64,000 bases of DNA from NCBI GenBank assembly GCA_964585855.1, contig CAZPFK010000002.1, positions 893-64,892 of the forward strand. The letters run 5' to 3'. The first letter of the stretch is position 1. Every line of letters begins with the position of its first letter. The stretch is from an uncultured Vicinamibacteraceae bacterium (GTDB taxonomy: Bacteria; Planctomycetota; Phycisphaerae; Phycisphaerales; UBA5793). The translations under genes were made by a program, and so were the position numbers. Shown here piece by piece: positions 61,365 to 64,000 of this stretch. The notes below the pieces were generated by a model that was not told the DNA's origin, ran no database searches, and was given only the letters and a program-made list of their open reading frames with translations.

Positions 61365-63047
61365 GTGCCCATGACCAACAACCCCCTCACAGGCCAGGAA
61401 CCTGAGGTTGTCCTCGACTCACCCGCTGCCGCCGAGCCGCGCGAAGTCATCCTGCCCACGACCGTCACCGCCGGCGATCAGGCCGACCGTGAACTCCGCG
61501 AGCGCTGCGAAGACTCGGGTTTGCAGTGGTTCGAGGAACTCCCGGAGTGCGACGCCGAGTCATCCCGACTCGTTGACGCCGACGACGCCATCCGCATCAA
61601 GGCGATTCCGCTTCGTGCCAACGACGACGGCACGCTGCTGATCGCCATGCGCGACCCCTTCGACTACGCAGCCGCCGATGAGGTCTCCGTCCTCGCCGCC
61701 ATGCCCGTCACGCCCTGCGGCGTCACCACCGAAGTCTACCGCAAACTGCTCGAGGCCCAGTACGGCACGACCGCCGCCCGCATGGCCGAGCGCCTCGCCG
61801 CCGAATCCGACTCCGACGACTTCGACTCCAACATCGAAGCCATCGAGGCCGACGACCTGCATCGCATGGCCGAGCAGCCGACGCTGATCAACCTCGTCAA
61901 CCTCATCCTGCTCGAAGCCATCCGCGCCCGCGCCTCCGACGTTCACATCGAGCCCTTTGAAACCGAACTCAAAATCAAGTACCGCATCGACGGCATCCTC
62001 CACGAGCAGAGCCCGCCCCCCAAGCACCTCCAGCCCGCCATCATCTCCCGCATCAAGATCATGGCCGGCATGAATATCGCCGAGCGCTTCGTCCCCCAGG
62101 ACGGCCACATCACGCTGCGCTTCGAGGGCCGCAAGGTTGACCTCCGAGTCAGTACCGTCCCGACGCTCTACGGCGAATCGGTGGTCCTGCGAATCCTCGA
62201 CAAGAGCACCCTCCCCCTCGACCTGACCGAACTGGGCATGCGCGACACCGACGTCGCCACCATGGATCGCCTCCTCGAATCGCCCCACGGCATGATCCTC
62301 GTCACCGGCCCGACCGGCAGCGGCAAAACCACCACCCTCTACGCCGCCCTCCAGAAGCTCTACACCCCCGAACTCAAGATCATCACCATCGAAGACCCCG
62401 TCGAATACGAACTCGCCGGCGTCAACCAGATTCCCGTCAACCCCAAGCGCGGCCTCACCTTTGCCACCGGCCTGCGCAGCATCCTCCGGCAGGACCCCGA
62501 CGTCATCATGGTCGGCGAAATCCGCGACGGCGAGACGGCAGAAATCGCCGTCCGCTCCGCCCTGACGGGCCACCTGGTCTTCTCCACGATCCACACCAAC
62601 GACGCCATCAGCGCCGTCACCCGCCTCATCGACATGGGCGTCGAGCCCTTCCTCGTCTCCTCCGTGCTCGAAGGCGTCCTCGCCCAGCGCCTCGGCCGCC
62701 GCATCTGCCAGGTCTGCAGGATGCCCGTGCCCCTCAGCGACGCCACCCGCCACCGCCTCACCGAGCGCGAACTGGCGTGGTTTGCCGGCGGTAACTCCTG
62801 GGTCGGCCGCGGCTGCGACAAGTGCAACGAATCCGGCAACCGGGGACGCATCGGCTTCTTCGAAGTCATCGAACTGACGGCAACGCTGCGCGGCCTCATC
62901 AGCAGTCGGGCCGCCACCCGGGAGATGCTCGCCTCGCTGGGTCCGCAGCACATCGCCATGCGCAGCGACGGCATGCTCAAGGCCGCCCAGGGCCTGACCA
63001 CCGTTGACGAAGTCCTCCGCGCCACTCAGGATGTGGAGGAGGGGTGA
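61365..63047 (+). CDS. Type II/IV secretion system ATPase (GspE/PilB family)
   Basis: T2SSE N-domain (IKAIPLRANDDGTLLIAMRDPFD), Walker A GPTGSGKTTT, Asp/His boxes (GEIRD, TGHLVFSTIHTND), and the tetracysteine motif CQVC...CDKC. Confidence 0.93.
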   Translation: MPMTNNPLTGQEPEVVLDSPAAAEPREVILPTTVTAGDQADRELRERCEDSGLQWFEELPECDAESSRLVDADDAIRIKAIPLRANDDGTLLIAMRDPFDYAAADEVSVLAAMPVTPCGVTTEVYRKLLEAQYGTTAARMAERLAAESDSDDFDSNIEAIEADDLHRMAEQPTLINLVNLILLEAIRARASDVHIEPFETELKIKYRIDGILHEQSPPPKHLQPAIISRIKIMAGMNIAERFVPQDGHITLRFEGRKVDLRVSTVPTLYGESVVLRILDKSTLPLDLTELGMRDTDVATMDRLLESPHGMILVTGPTGSGKTTTLYAALQKLYTPELKIITIEDPVEYELAGVNQIPVNPKRGLTFATGLRSILRQDPDVIMVGEIRDGETAEIAVRSALTGHLVFSTIHTNDAISAVTRLIDMGVEPFLVSSVLEGVLAQRLGRRICQVCRMPVPLSDATRHRLTERELAWFAGGNSWVGRGCDKCNESGNRGRIGFFEVIELTATLRGLISSRAATREMLASLGPQHIAMRSDGMLKAAQGLTTVDEVLRATQDVEEG

Positions 63048-63098
63048 TCGCCATTGCTCGCTGGCATCGCGCAGCCATCCGCTTACGATTGCCGCGAC

Positions 63099-64000
63099 AT
63101 GGACCACCCCCCGCCACACGACCCGAACGCCCCTGACGCTCAACCGGTCGAGACCAGCTCCGAGTACACCGCGCAACTCCTCGCCGACCGCCGCGCCAAA
63201 GTCGATCGCCTGCGCAATGAACTCGGCGTCAACCCCTACGGCCAGCGCACTCCCGGCCTGATCCCCCTCGAAGAGGCGCGGTCGAAGTTTGTCGAAGGAG
63301 CCGAAGGCGATGACCGCCCGCTCGTCTCCGTCTACGGCCGCGTCGTCCTCCACCGCGACACCGGCAAACTCCAGTGGCTCAACCTGCGCGACGCCACCGG
63401 CGACCTCCAGGTCGCCGCCTCGAAGAAGGATGTCGCCTCCGAGACCGATTTCGAGATCGCAAAACTCGCCGACCTCGGCGACATTCTCATCGTCACCGGC
63501 CGCGTGATGAAGACCCGCACCGGCGAGATCACCATCTGGGCGCAGCGCGTCGAGATGGGCTGCAAGACGCTGGCGCTGCCGCCGGACAAGTGGTCAGGCA
63601 TCCAGGACCCCGACCTGCGCTACCGCCAGCGCTACGTGGACATGTACGCCAACCCCGAGGTCATGCGCACCCTCATGCTGCGCTCGCAGATCGTCGCCGA
63701 AGCGCGGGCCTTCATGCGCGATCGCGGCTTCATCGAGGTGGAAACGCCGATGCTCCAGGCGCAGGCCGGCGGCGCGGCCGCCCGCCCCTTCATCACCCAC
63801 CTCAACGCGCTGGATATCGATGTCTTCCTGCGCATCGCCCCGGAACTCTACCTCAAGCGGATGCTGGTGGGGGGGATGCGCAAGGTCTTCGAGCTCAACC
63901 GCAACTTCCGCAACGAAGGCGTCGACCGCAGCCACAACCCCGAGTTCACCATGCTCGAGGCCTACGAGGCCTTCGGCAACTACGAAACCATGATGGACCT
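63099..64000 (+). CDS. lysS: Lysine--tRNA ligase, class II (partial; continues beyond the window end)
   Basis: My own translation of the frame from ATG 63099. It is absent from the ORF track because no stop is reached. It gives an OB-fold N-domain, then RYRQRYVDM, FIEVETPMLQ, GGAAARPF, LRIAPELYLKR, FELNRNFRNEG and HNPEFTMLEAY. Confidence 0.95.
   Translation, partial: MDHPPPHDPNAPDAQPVETSSEYTAQLLADRRAKVDRLRNELGVNPYGQRTPGLIPLEEARSKFVEGAEGDDRPLVSVYGRVVLHRDTGKLQWLNLRDATGDLQVAASKKDVASETDFEIAKLADLGDILIVTGRVMKTRTGEITIWAQRVEMGCKTLALPPDKWSGIQDPDLRYRQRYVDMYANPEVMRTLMLRSQIVAEARAFMRDRGFIEVETPMLQAQAGGAAARPFITHLNALDIDVFLRIAPELYLKRMLVGGMRKVFELNRNFRNEGVDRSHNPEFTMLEAYEAFGNYETMMD

Noticed and set aside
61365-61760. 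c-di-GMP-binding MshEN motif in the N-terminus of the PilB/GspE ATPase
   Set aside because: I could not find the RLGxx(L/V/I)(L/V/I)xxG(L/V/I)(L/V/I)xxxxLxxxLxxQ pattern. The N-terminus looks like an ordinary T2SSE_N domain.

Overview
GC-rich, gene-dense bacterial chromosomal segment. G+C looks like roughly two thirds by eye; I did not compute it. About 50 CDS plus the 5' 1.55 kb of a 23S rRNA gene. The likely source is Planctomycetota or a PVC-group relative. This is an inference from three things: a DUF1559/H-X9-D type prepilin-like protein, a 23S rRNA gene with its own promoter and no 16S or spacer tRNAs upstream, and strong AAAGGAG Shine-Dalgarno sites. Content is mostly core housekeeping: nusA-infB-rbfA, yebC, uvrC, guaB, mnmA, dxs, ffh, pgk, ychF, thiE, serA-serC, pgsA-pgpA and lysS. 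Envelope and secreted proteins are interspersed. I recognised no tRNA, CRISPR array, transposase, integrase, phage gene, toxin-antitoxin pair or known defence gene, so most of the window looks ordinary. The least explained content is the minus-strand operon at 1943-7500. It encodes a PilM-PilN fusion plus two oversized membrane-anchored partners. All three carry the same Gly-rich (E/R/M)-GGG module just before their C-terminal domain, and no secretin, pilin, platform or ATPase is adjacent. Secondary items: an orphan PilB/GspE ATPase tightly linked to a periplasmic LTXXQ-repeat protein; a halogenase-like flavoprotein co-directional with a HEAT-like secreted protein and an OppA/OppB-only transporter remnant; a zinc metalloprotease fused to a 7-blade propeller behind a long leader; an AT-rich perfect palindrome between a wHTH regulator and terC; a UvrC lacking its (HhH)2 tail; and two unexplained noncoding gaps (7501-8060 and 19834-20225). 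All functional calls rest on motif recognition by eye. No database search was run.
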